Part shown: positions 49,097 through 58,875 of the stretch, piece after piece
Layout of the letters: the number at the start of each line of letters is the position of its first letter
How positions within the stretch are numbered: the first letter of the stretch is position 1
Assembly (NCBI GenBank): GCA_963728915.1
Contig: CAVSLV010000001.1
Span: forward strand, 576,001 to 640,000
DNA: 64,000 nucleotides
DNA from: an uncultured Gemmatimonadales bacterium
GTDB taxonomy: Bacteria > Gemmatimonadota > Gemmatimonadetes > Gemmatimonadales > GWC2-71-9
Direction of reading: 5' to 3'
Translations under genes and position numbers: made by a program
The notes under the pieces: generated by a model
What the model saw: only the letters and a program-made list of their open reading frames with translations
What the model was told of the DNA's origin: nothing
Databases searched by the model: none

Positions 49097-52000
49097 TCAG
49101 CGCCGCGCCCGGGTCCGGGGATCCTGACGGGAGAGGTACTGCTCCACGAACCGTCGATGCTCGGGGTCTCCAGGATAGCGTTCGTCGGCGCCATAGGGAT
49201 ATCGGGTCATGGCATGGAAGGGCAGGGGTTCGACCGCATTTCCCGTCGCGGTATTGAGGTCGGCGTCTTTCATCCACGCATCGGTATAGATCAGGAAGTC
49301 TCGACGCCACCCTGGAGGCAGGCTGGGGAGCGACTGCTCCGCAAAGCTCAGCGCGATCTCGTCTCCCGGACCGAAGACCACATAGCGATCATCGGAAACG
49401 AGCAGCAGGGACCGCACGTCCCCGTATCGGGTGAAACGCCCGCGGATCGGCTCCCACGCCGGTTCCGTCGAGACCTCCTGATAATCGAACCAGGCGGGAC
49501 CGTACCGTCCGTCTTTGGGAAAGGTCCGCGAGAATCCGTGATAGCGGAGCTCCGCGCTGGCCGGATCGAGGCGGGTGACGCGGGGTTCCACCCGGGCGAG
49601 GCGGGCGAGAAAGGCCTGATCCCAATACACCTGCATGTTGGTGCGGAGCCGGAGCTGGCCGCTCGCCGGGACCCGGCCCGCGAGATCGGCAACCACCGTT
49701 TTGCTCTTGCCACTCGGAAATCCGAGGTCCGGATTGATCGTGTCCCAGGCGCCCCGGCCGTTCCTCGCCTCGAGCGAGATTGGTGCCGGCGCGAGCGCGG
49801 CGCCCTGCGTCAGCGCGAGGTTGATGCTCGCATCGGTTGGATAGATCCAGCCGTTGAGAAAGAGATAGAGGTTGTCCTGTCGGGTCCAAGGCTCCGAAGT
49901 CGAGCATCAGATCGTGCGGGCTACGAAGTCCCTGATATCGGTCCGGCTCGCCCGGCTGCACGAAACGGTCATCCCGCCTCAGGAGCAGGTCACGGACATC
50001 GGTGCGGCGGCCCTCGGATTCGCTGGCGGCCTGGACCGGAAGGATCGGACCCGCAACGGGGAAGAGTCGGAGCTCCGCCTCCGCCGCGGTCGGCGGGAAG
50101 AACCGCTCGTCGACGAAGATCTCCGTGGAATCGGGGTGATCGACCGCGAGGAGCTGAAGCCGGTCCAGGTAACCCGCTTCCCACAGCTCCTCGGTCAGGC
50201 GGAGCTCGTACCGGCCGTCCTTCGGGGCCAGCTCTCCGGGGAGCCGGAGGTATTCCCGCGAGGCGTGGGGAGATGCCGAGGCAATGCTCGCCGCGCTGCC
50301 CATGATGCCCAGCGGCATGCCGAGGGCGCTGCGCCACATCACATCGGTGACGAAACGGAAGCTGGCGCCGTCCCATGCGAAGAGCGTCGGGCAGGACCCC
50401 TTCAAGACCTGGAGCTCGAGCACATCGTCGAGCGCGCCCGGGTAATACAACGTCTGGGGAACGCCGTTGGGCCAGCGGATCCGGAGGACGTCGGCTTTGA
50501 GTTGCCGTCCCAGACCGAAGTGGGTCGTCGGTCCGGTAACAAGGCGGCTCTGGTACGCGGTCCCGGCCCGGAGCTCGAGCGTAGCGCCGATTCCGAACTC
50601 GTTGTTCTTCCCGCTCCCGGCCCCCAGGGCAGTGAGCTGTACCTCGACATACTGATTGGCGTTTCCGCCCTGATTGAACAGGAGGCGGGGATGCGATTCG
50701 CCCCCGGATCCGGTGGCGAGCAGGTCGAGGTCGCCGTCGCGATCGTAGTCCATCGCGAGCAGCCGGCTCGGGTGCCCGAGGTCGGCAGGCAGGCTCGCTG
50801 AACGATCGGCGAACCTGCCGCGTCCGTCGTTCCGGAACAGACGGACCCCGGTCGCGCCGGCCAGCGCGATGTCGAGAAACCCATCGTTGTCGTAATCCAT
50901 GAAAACGGCGCTGGTCGATGCGATTCCTGGTCGGAGGCCGGCGTTCCGGTCCAGGGCGAAATGGCCGTTCGTCCCCTGGTACAGTTCAGTATTCCCGCCG
51001 CTCGCGATCAGGAGATCGAAGGATCCATCGTTGTCGTAATCGCCCACTGCCAACGCGGACACCGCCGTAATCCCGGACAGCCCGGCGGCAGCGGTGGCAT
51101 CCTCGAACCGGCCCTGACCCAGGTTGTGCCAGAGCGTGAGCCGGTCGCCCCCGGACACCAGATCGAGCCGGGCGTCGTGGTCGAAATCCAGGAATGCGAT
51201 CTGGCGAACCGCGCTCGAGCCGGTGAATCCCATCGCGGCGGTGGCTTCCTGGAAGGGGCCGCCCAACGGGTTGCGATAGACTCGAAGCCCCTGCTCGGTC
51301 GCCAGCACCAGATCGAGATCGCCATCGTGATCGAGATCGACGAACAGAATCGCTGTTGCGGGAGGGGCGTCGCCGAGCCCGAGGGCGGCGGTGCCGTCGC
51401 GGAATCGCCCGCCCTCATTGTGGAGCAGGAAGCTTCCGTCGGTTCCGGAGACGAAGAGATCCAGCCGGCGATCGTTATCGTAATCGCCAAACGCAGCGGC
51501 GGTCACGGTTGCCGGCAGCCGGACCCCGAGAGAGTCGGTGGTTTCGATCAGCGGGCCGGCGTTCCGGAACAGGCGCCCGGCAACGAAGAGATCCGGAGCG
51601 CCGTCGCCGTCGTAGTCTCCCACCGCCAGAGCGTTCCCCTCCCCCGCGGCACTGATCGCCGAGAGCGCGGACCGGTTTCCGGCGTCGCTGAAACGAATCG
51701 CGGCGGCCACCGCGGCGGGTTCGAGCGCAGGCGGGGCGAGGTTCGGATTGAAGGTGAGGACCGGATAGCCCATGGCCGCTCCGGTCGCACTCTCGAGATG
51801 CTGAAGGCCGGCCTGGTATCCCGGCGTCAGCTCCATGACCCGATGGAGCTTGCCCGCCGCGGCTGCCGCCTGGGTCAGGTCCTCCGGATTGCTCCGTCCC
51901 CGTCGCGCGAGGTCGAGTGCGGACCGGAAAGCTCGCTGCGCGTCCGCCGGCAAGGCGGGGAGCTGTTTCAGGTCCTCGAGGAGGATCACCGCCGAGTCGG

Positions 52001-52547
52001 CGGCCTGCGCGGTCCCCTGACTCAGCAGCCGGTCGAGCAGCTCCAGGCGCGCCACCAGGTTGGTGGGCGCCTCCGCCAGGATCCGGTGCAGATAGAAGAC
52101 GGCGGAATCCTCAGGGGCGAGCTGCTTCGCGGCATAGAGCGCCCGGATTTCCCGCGGGCTCCGCTCGAGGACCTTCGCGAGCACCCGGCGGGCCGAGTCC
52201 GGGTTTCCAGTGAGTCGCTCGGCCTGGGCCAGCATGAGGGCGATGTCGTCGCTCGCCGAGTCGAGCGCGGCGGCCTGGCCCAGCTCGGTCAAGGCCTCCG
52301 CGTAGCGTCCCTGCCGGAGATGCACCACCGCGAGGTTCGCGTATCCCAGGGCCTGCTTTGGCGCCATCGTCACGACTTGCCGAAATGTCGACTCCGCCAG
52401 GGCAAACTGATTGCCCTGGAGATAGGCGAGCCCCAGGGTGCGAGCCGCGAGGATCTGCTCGCTCGAGGCTTCGGGCTGGGGGCTTCCGTGACATCCCGTG
52501 AGGGAAACGGCCCCGAGCAGCGCCATGAGAGGAATGCTCCGGATCAT
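49097..52547 (-). CDS. TPR + FG-GAP repeat + ASPIC/UnbV lipoprotein, split by a 1-nt frameshift near 49882-49884
   Basis: Lipobox LTGC; TPRs; many DxDxDG-x-x-D repeats; HFGLG..IRWPNG; KGSCP domain. Removing one C gives DRQDNLYLFLNGWIYPTD, joining the 49097..49696 ORF (WMKDAD..PLPFHAM). Confidence 0.85.
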
Positions 52548-52605
52548 GGCAGGAACATCATCCCTTCGCTCCCGCGCGACAAGCGACGGTGATATGGTTC
52601 AGGTC

Positions 52606-54398
52606 GTGACAGCTTCCGCTCCCCCCCCGGCCCGCCGCGGTTTCGCCGATTGCTCCTCACCGTCGCCTTCCTGGCGGTGATCGTGCTCGTGCCGGTCCTG
52701 GGCCGTCGACCACCGGCCCAGGCGGCGGGGTCGGCGCCGGGCGCCGGCACCTGGCACTTCGAGAACGTCGCCCCAGAGGCCGGCCTTGACTTCGTCCATC
52801 ACGGCCCGACCCTCGATGCCAGACTGGACAACGTCGCGCCGCTGATCGCCGCGATGGGGGCATCGGTCTCGGTGTCCGACGTGGACCGCGACGGGTGGCC
52901 CGACCTGTACCTGACCAACAGCCGATTCGGATTTCCCAACGCACTGTACATGAATCGCCACGACGGCACCTTCGTCAACCGCGCCGCCGAGGCCGGCATC
53001 GCCGATCTCAACCGCCCGGGCGAGGGGGTCTCGATGGGCGCCGTCTGGGGCGACATCGACAACGACGGCCTGGAGGACGTCCTGGTCTACAAGTACGGCT
53101 ACCTCCAGCTCTTTCGGAATCTGGGCAACCTGCGTTTCGAGGACATCACCGAGCGAGCCGGGCTCCGGCAATGGATGAACAGCAATGGGGCCATCTGGTT
53201 CGACTACGACCGGGACGGGCTGCTCGACCTGTATGTGACCGCGTACTTCCGCTCGGACCTCGATCTCTGGCACCTCAAGTCCACCCGGATCATGCACAAC
53301 AGCTGGGAGTTCGCCACCAATGGTGGCGTCAACCGGCTGTTCCATAACCTGGGCGGCGGCCGGTTCGAGGACGTGACGGAGCAGACCGGGACCGGGAGCG
53401 CCCGATGGACCCTGGCGGCGGGTTCGGCGGACTTCAATCATGACGGCTGGCCCGATCTCTTCCTCGCCAACGACTATGGTCCGGAGGAGTTGTACCTGAA
53501 CGACGGGGGACGGCGGTTCATCCTAACCCGGGCCGGACTGGAAAGCGACTCCAAGAGCGGCATGTCGGTGAGCCTGGGCGACGTGCTGAACCGGGGCCGC
53601 CTCGACGTGTTCGTGACCAACATTTCGGAGCCTGGCTATCTCTTCCAGGGCAACAACCTCCGGCTGAACTTTCTCTCCGAGCTGGGCCGCTTCGAACAGG
53701 GAGCGGGGCAGGGAGGGGTGATCGCCGATGCGGGCTGGGCCTGGGGCGCCCAGCTCGGCGATCTCGACAATGACGGACGCAACGAGCTGTTCATCGTCAA
53801 CGGGTATGTCTCCGGCGATCGGGACCGCGACTACTGGTACGGCATGTCGAAAGTGGCCGGCGCCAACGGGAATCTGTTCGAGGACACCCGGAACTGGGCC
53901 CCGATCGGGAACGCGAGCCTCTCCGGGTTCGAGCGCTCCCGGGTGCTGGTATCTCGCGAGGGGCGGTGGGAGGATGTGGCCGCCCGGGTCGGGGTCCGCG
54001 ACGAGTATGACGGCAGGGCCGTCGCTCTGGCCGATCTCTGGAACCGCGGTGTGCTGGATGTGATCGTGGCGAACCAGGCTCAGCCGGTGCTGCTGTACCG
54101 GAACAGCGTGCCGCCCGGAAGGCACTGGATCGGGTTCGATCTCACCGGGACCCGCAGCAATCGGAGCGCCATCGGCGCCGAAGTCGCGGTATTCGCTCCG
54201 GGATTGCGACAGCTCAGAGTGGTGGACGGAGGCATGGGGTTCGCGAGCCAGAATGACCGGCGACTCCACTTCGGACTGGGGGCGGCGACGGCACTCGACT
54301 CGGTCGAGATCCGCTGGCCTTCGGGGGCACGGCAGATCCTCACCCACCTCGAGGTGGACCGCTTTCACCGCGTGGCGGAACCGGGCCCGACCCCATGA
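52606..54398 (+). CDS. CRTAC1/UnbV-like FG-GAP + ASPIC-UnbV protein
   Basis: DVDRDGWPD-type repeats, SGMSV, GWAWGAQLGD, SNRSAIGA and RLHFGLG..IRWPSG. The GTG at 52606 is joined to the body only if the C8 run at 52621-52628 is C9; otherwise the start is TTG 52650. Confidence 0.85.
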
Positions 54399-55249
54399 CG
54401 GCGAGCTCCTCGCTGGCCCTGCCGCGCCAGAGTCTGTGGGAGCGGCTCGGCCGGATCGATCCGCGCTACCTCATCTCCTTCCTCATCACGCTGGTCCTGG
54501 TGCTGGGGGAAGTCCGCTACGGGATTCTCGGCGGTTATGAGCGGCTCGCCATCACCTTGTCGGTGTGCGTGGGCACCGAGCTCCTTCTGTCGCGCTGGTT
54601 GCGGGGCAAGTTCGCCTCGATCCAGAGCGCCTACATCTCGGGCATCAGTCTGGCGCTGCTGCTCAAACCCCAGACTGGGCTGCTCTGGCCCTTCGCGGTC
54701 GGCTCGTTCCTGGCGATCGCCTCGAAGTACGTCCTGACCTATCGGAACCAGCATCTCTGGAATCCCAGCAATTTCGCCATCGCACTCCTGCTGGTGCTGG
54801 CGCCCGGCAGCGTGGCCATCCTGAGCCATCAGTGGGGGAATCACTTCGCCACCAATGCGGTGATCTGGGCGTTCGGCCTGCTCATCGCGGCGCGGGTCAG
54901 AGTGCTCCACGTCACACTCACCTATGTGGCCGCATTCCTGGCGCTCGCGGCGCTCCGGAGCCTGCTCGCGGGAACGGTATTTCTGGTCGAAGCCGCCCCC
55001 ATCACGGGGCCGATGTATCAGCTCTTCATCTTTTTCATGGTGACGGACCCCCGAACCACGGTCGCGACCCGGCGGGGGCGGATCGGCGTGGTGCTGGTGG
55101 TGGCGCTGGTGGAAGGCCTGATTCGATTCGCGGGGGACCGGCACCTCGCCGCCCTGAACCTGCTGTATCCCGCCCCGCCGATCCTGGCGCTGGCGATGGT
55201 GGGCCCCCTCGCGAAATGGATCGATCTCAGGCGGCGAGCGCCTCGCTGA
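54395..55249 (+). CDS. UnbU-like / NqrB-RnfD-superfamily polytopic membrane protein
   Basis: ATGA overlap with the unbV-like gene; SKY..HLWNPSNF and FFMVTDPRT motifs; about 9 TM segments. Confidence 0.78.
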   Translation: MTASSSLALPRQSLWERLGRIDPRYLISFLITLVLVLGEVRYGILGGYERLAITLSVCVGTELLLSRWLRGKFASIQSAYISGISLALLLKPQTGLLWPFAVGSFLAIASKYVLTYRNQHLWNPSNFAIALLLVLAPGSVAILSHQWGNHFATNAVIWAFGLLIAARVRVLHVTLTYVAAFLALAALRSLLAGTVFLVEAAPITGPMYQLFIFFMVTDPRTTVATRRGRIGVVLVVALVEGLIRFAGDRHLAALNLLYPAPPILALAMVGPLAKWIDLRRRAPR

Positions 55250-56360
55250 GCTTTTCCAGAAACCGTTCCACGGTGGCGGGCTCGGCGTTGTATCCCATGA
55301 CCCCGACCCGCCACACCTTCCCGGCGAGCGGGCCTAACCCGCCGCCCATTTCCACGCCCAGCGCGAGGAGCCGGCTCCGGACGCTCGCTTCGTCGACCCC
55401 CTCGGGGACCCGGATGACGTTGATGGTCGGGGCCCGGTTCGCCGGAGGGGGAAAGAGCGAGAGCCCCAGGCGGTCGAGTCCCCGCACCAGGACCTCGTGG
55501 GCCGCGCGGTGGCGGGCCCAGCGCGCTTCGAGGCCCTCCTCCAGCGTGAGGCGCAAGGCCTCGTGGAAGCCGTACACCATGGCCACCGGCCCGGTGTGGT
55601 GGAAAGCCCGCTTCTTTTCGGCGCTCCCTTCGCCCCAGTACTGAAACAACAGGCCGAGGTCCAGGTACCAGGTGGAGGGCGGGGCCTTGCGGGCCTGGAC
55701 CCGGGCCATGGCCCGGGGCCCCACCGTGATCGGCCCTAACCCGGGGGGCGCGCCCAGGCATTTCTGGGAGCAGGAACCCGCGGCGTCGATGCCCCAGGCA
55801 TCGACCTCCACCGGCATGCCGCCCAGGGAGGTGACGCAATCCATCACGACCAGCGCGTCATGCTGGCGACCCAGGGCCGCCATGTCCTTGCCCGGCTGAC
55901 AGGCCCCGGTCGTGGTTTCCACGTGCACGAAGGCCAGGAGATTGGCGGGTTTCTGCTGGAGCAGCTTCTCGACCGCGGAGAGGTCCGCGATGTCCCCGGG
56001 AGGCGATTGCACGGTGCGCACCGTCGCCCCGGCCCGCCGGGCCAGCTCGGCCAGGCGCTGCCCGAAATAGCCGTTGATCACCACCACCGCGTCGTCGCCC
56101 GGCTCGAGCAGGTTCATCAGGATCGCTTCCAGCCCGGCCGATCCCGTGCCCGAAATCGGTATGGTGTGATGATTGGAGGTGCGGAAGACCCTGCGGAGCG
56201 CCTCCATGGTCTGGTCCATCAGCTCCACGAAGTAGGGATCGAGATGCCCCACTGGATTGGCCGTCATGGCCTGGAGCACCCGGGGATCGGGATTGCTGGG
56301 ACCCGGCCCCATCAGGAGTCGGGCCGGAGGAGCGAGCGGCGCTGGCGCGAGGGGAGTCAT
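55227..56360 (-). CDS. Alanine/serine:glyoxylate aminotransferase family (class V PLP enzyme)
   Basis: LLMGPGPS, GHLDP, GTGSAG, HVETTTG, DCVTSLGG, SCSQKCLG (PLP Lys), HHTGP and WRVGVMG. Confidence 0.92.
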   Translation of the reverse strand: MTPLAPAPLAPPARLLMGPGPSNPDPRVLQAMTANPVGHLDPYFVELMDQTMEALRRVFRTSNHHTIPISGTGSAGLEAILMNLLEPGDDAVVVINGYFGQRLAELARRAGATVRTVQSPPGDIADLSAVEKLLQQKPANLLAFVHVETTTGACQPGKDMAALGRQHDALVVMDCVTSLGGMPVEVDAWGIDAAGSCSQKCLGAPPGLGPITVGPRAMARVQARKAPPSTWYLDLGLLFQYWGEGSAEKKRAFHHTGPVAMVYGFHEALRLTLEEGLEARWARHRAAHEVLVRGLDRLGLSLFPPPANRAPTINVIRVPEGVDEASVRSRLLALGVEMGGGLGPLAGKVWRVGVMGYNAEPATVERFLEKLSEALAA

Positions 56361-57874
56361 CCGAGTCCGAGTTTCTTGGCGAGGCCGATCCGCTGGAGCT
56401 TGCCGGTCGGGCCCACCGGGATCTGGTCGAGAATGAGGATCTTGCGAGGCACTTTAAAGTCGGCGAGCCGTTCCGACGCGAAGCGCCGGAGGTCCTGATC
56501 GGTCGCCGCGGTCCCCTGGCGAAGCACGATCGCCGCCGCGACCTCCTCGCCCAGCAACTGGTGCGGCATCGCGAAACAGACGCACTGATGGACCGCGGGG
56601 TGTTCCATCAGGATCTCATCGACCTCGCGGGGCGAGATCTTCTCGCCACCCCGATTGATGATTTCCTTGAGGCGGCCGGTAAGGCTCAGGTATCCCTCGT
56701 CGTCCATGACGCCCTGATCGCCGGTGCGGAACCAGTCACCATAGAACGCGTCCGCGTTGGCTCCCGGGTTGTTCTCGTAGGCGGCCATCACGTTCGGTCC
56801 TCGAATCACGATTTCTCCGGTCGCCCCCCGGGCGACCTCCCGGCCGCTCGGGTCCACGACCCGGATCTCCGGCCCTGCGGCAGTGCCGACCGATCCGGGC
56901 TTCCGGGAAGCCGGCGGCAGGGGATTGCTGGCCATCTGGTGCGCCGCCTCGGTCATGCCGTAGGCCTCGAGCACCGGGACGCCGAACACCCGCTCCATCT
57001 CCGCGAGCACCGTGGGGGGAAGCGCCGAGGAAGAGGAGCGGATGAATCGGAGCCGGTGATCGCGCAATGCGTCCGGGTTCTTGGCGGCCCGGAGCAGAAT
57101 GGTCTGGTGCATCGTCGGCACCCCGCTGTACCAGGTCGGCTTCACCTCCGCAAACCAGGACAGGAACTTGAGCGCATTGAATCCCGGGGAGCAGCAGACC
57201 TCACTGCCCACCGAAAGCGGGGCGAGGAGCGACGCGATCAGGCCGTGGATGTGGAAGAGGGGCATGATCACGAGCCCGCGGTCCGGCCGGGTGAGCGCGA
57301 GGGTCGCCGCGACGTTCCGGGCCGAAGTCGTGAGGTTGCGATGACTCAGGGGAACGATCTTGGGCCGCGAGGTCGTCCCCGAGGTATGAAGGACCAGCCC
57401 GATATCCAGAGGCGTGACCGGTCGCGCGCCGGACGCTCCCCGCCCAGGAGGCAGCTCGAGGCGGAATGTCCCGGCGCCCTTTGCCGGCTCCGGAATCAAT
57501 CGCGCAACCGGAATCCCGAGCCGGGCAGCCACCTGAGCCGCCGGGGAGTCCGCGACACCGGTGACCAGCAGCTTGGCCCCCAGATCGGTGAGATAGAACT
57601 CGAAGTCCTCGCCCCGGTACCCGGGATTGAGCGGCGCCGCGGTCGCCGCGGCGGCGATCGCAAGAAACGCGGCTGCCATCTCGGGCCCATTGTCGAGGAC
57701 GATCGCGACCCGATCGGAGGGCTCGATGCCGAGGCCGGCCACCTCGGCGCCGACCCGGGTCACCAGGGCCCGAAGATCGGCGTAGGACAAGGGAGTTCCC
57801 CCCGGCGTGCTGAGCGCGGTCGCCTCGTTCCGGCCGGCAAGGAGGAGCTCGGGAAGCGTGGAAGCGGAAGTCAT
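56357..57874 (-). CDS. Acyl-CoA synthetase, oxalate--CoA ligase (Oxs/AAE3/PCS60-like)
   Basis: LHTSGTTSRPK, PLFHIHGL, FIRSSSS, EAYGMTEAAHQMASNPLP, INRGGEKISP and TGKLQR; oxalate-related operon context. Confidence 0.85.
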   Translation of the reverse strand: MTSASTLPELLLAGRNEATALSTPGGTPLSYADLRALVTRVGAEVAGLGIEPSDRVAIVLDNGPEMAAAFLAIAAAATAAPLNPGYRGEDFEFYLTDLGAKLLVTGVADSPAAQVAARLGIPVARLIPEPAKGAGTFRLELPPGRGASGARPVTPLDIGLVLHTSGTTSRPKIVPLSHRNLTTSARNVAATLALTRPDRGLVIMPLFHIHGLIASLLAPLSVGSEVCCSPGFNALKFLSWFAEVKPTWYSGVPTMHQTILLRAAKNPDALRDHRLRFIRSSSSALPPTVLAEMERVFGVPVLEAYGMTEAAHQMASNPLPPASRKPGSVGTAAGPEIRVVDPSGREVARGATGEIVIRGPNVMAAYENNPGANADAFYGDWFRTGDQGVMDDEGYLSLTGRLKEIINRGGEKISPREVDEILMEHPAVHQCVCFAMPHQLLGEEVAAAIVLRQGTAATDQDLRRFASERLADFKVPRKILILDQIPVGPTGKLQRIGLAKKLGLG

Positions 57875-58875
57875 GAGCGAGGGATCGCGAGGGTGGCGTG
57901 ATGGGTCGTCAGGGTGTGGGCCAGAAGGCTGGCGCAGGCGTACACCGCATCGATCGCGGGCGTCGGGGATTCGGTCAGGCGGGCCAGCTCCACCACCGAC
58001 CCCAGGACCGCTTCGAGCTCGAGCGGTTTTCCCGCCTCGACGTCCTGAAGCATCGAGGTCTTGTGGTCCCCCACCTTTTCGGCCCCGGCGATCCGCTTGT
58101 CGCTGCCGATCCGGAAAGTAATGCCAAGCCTGCCGGCCACGGTCTCCGCTTCCCGCATCATCCGGACGCAGAGCTCCCGGGTTAGGGGGAATCGCAGCAG
58201 CTCGCTGAGTGTGGTGTGGGTCAGGGCGCTGATCGGGTTCATGCTGAGGTTGCCCCACAGCTTGATCCAGATTTCGGACCGGATGTCTTTCACCACCGGG
58301 GCCTTGAACCCGGCCCGGCCGAACGCCTGGCTGATCGCGATGGCGCGGGGAGACTCGCTGCCATCCGGCTCGCCCAGGCTGAACCGCCGGCCCTCGACCA
58401 CCCGCACCACGCCGGGACGCTCGAGCACCGCCGCCGGGTAGACCACGGAGCCGACGATCCGCTCGGGGTCGATGTGCCGGGCGATGGCGCCGTCAGGATC
58501 GACCGAGGCGAGGTGGCGTCCATCGAATCCACCTCCATGACGGTGGAAGTACCACCAGGGGATTCCGTTCTGCATGGTGACGATGGTGGTGTCCCGGTGG
58601 CACAGGCTGGCGAGTCCGGGCGCGATCGCCGCGACCTGGTGGGCCTTGACGGTGAGGAGCACCACGTCGTGGGGGCCCAGGTCCTGAGGGCGATCGGCGG
58701 CGTTTCCCCGGGCGTGCACCTCGGCGCCGTCCTCGCCGATGACGCGGATGCCGTCCCGCTTGAGGGCGTCAAGGTTCGCCCCCCGCGCGATGAAACTCAC
58801 CTCTTCCCCGGCGGCCGCGAGCCAGCCGCCGAGATACCCGCCGATCGCGCCGGCGCCCACCACCGCGAACTTCAT
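57871..58875 (-). CDS. Ketopantoate-reductase-family protein, PanE2-like (putative oxalyl-CoA reductase)
   Basis: GAGAIGG, QNGIPWWYF, WIKLWGN, HKTSMLQD and PLELE; lies between oxlT and the oxalate-CoA ligase. Confidence 0.82.
   Translation of the reverse strand: MKFAVVGAGAIGGYLGGWLAAAGEEVSFIARGANLDALKRDGIRVIGEDGAEVHARGNAADRPQDLGPHDVVLLTVKAHQVAAIAPGLASLCHRDTTIVTMQNGIPWWYFHRHGGGFDGRHLASVDPDGAIARHIDPERIVGSVVYPAAVLERPGVVRVVEGRRFSLGEPDGSESPRAIAISQAFGRAGFKAPVVKDIRSEIWIKLWGNLSMNPISALTHTTLSELLRFPLTRELCVRMMREAETVAGRLGITFRIGSDKRIAGAEKVGDHKTSMLQDVEAGKPLELEAVLGSVVELARLTESPTPAIDAVYACASLLAHTLTTHHATLAIPRS

Noticed and set aside
52606..55249. Enediyne biosynthetic cluster
   Set aside because: No PKS, thioesterase or tailoring genes occur in the window.
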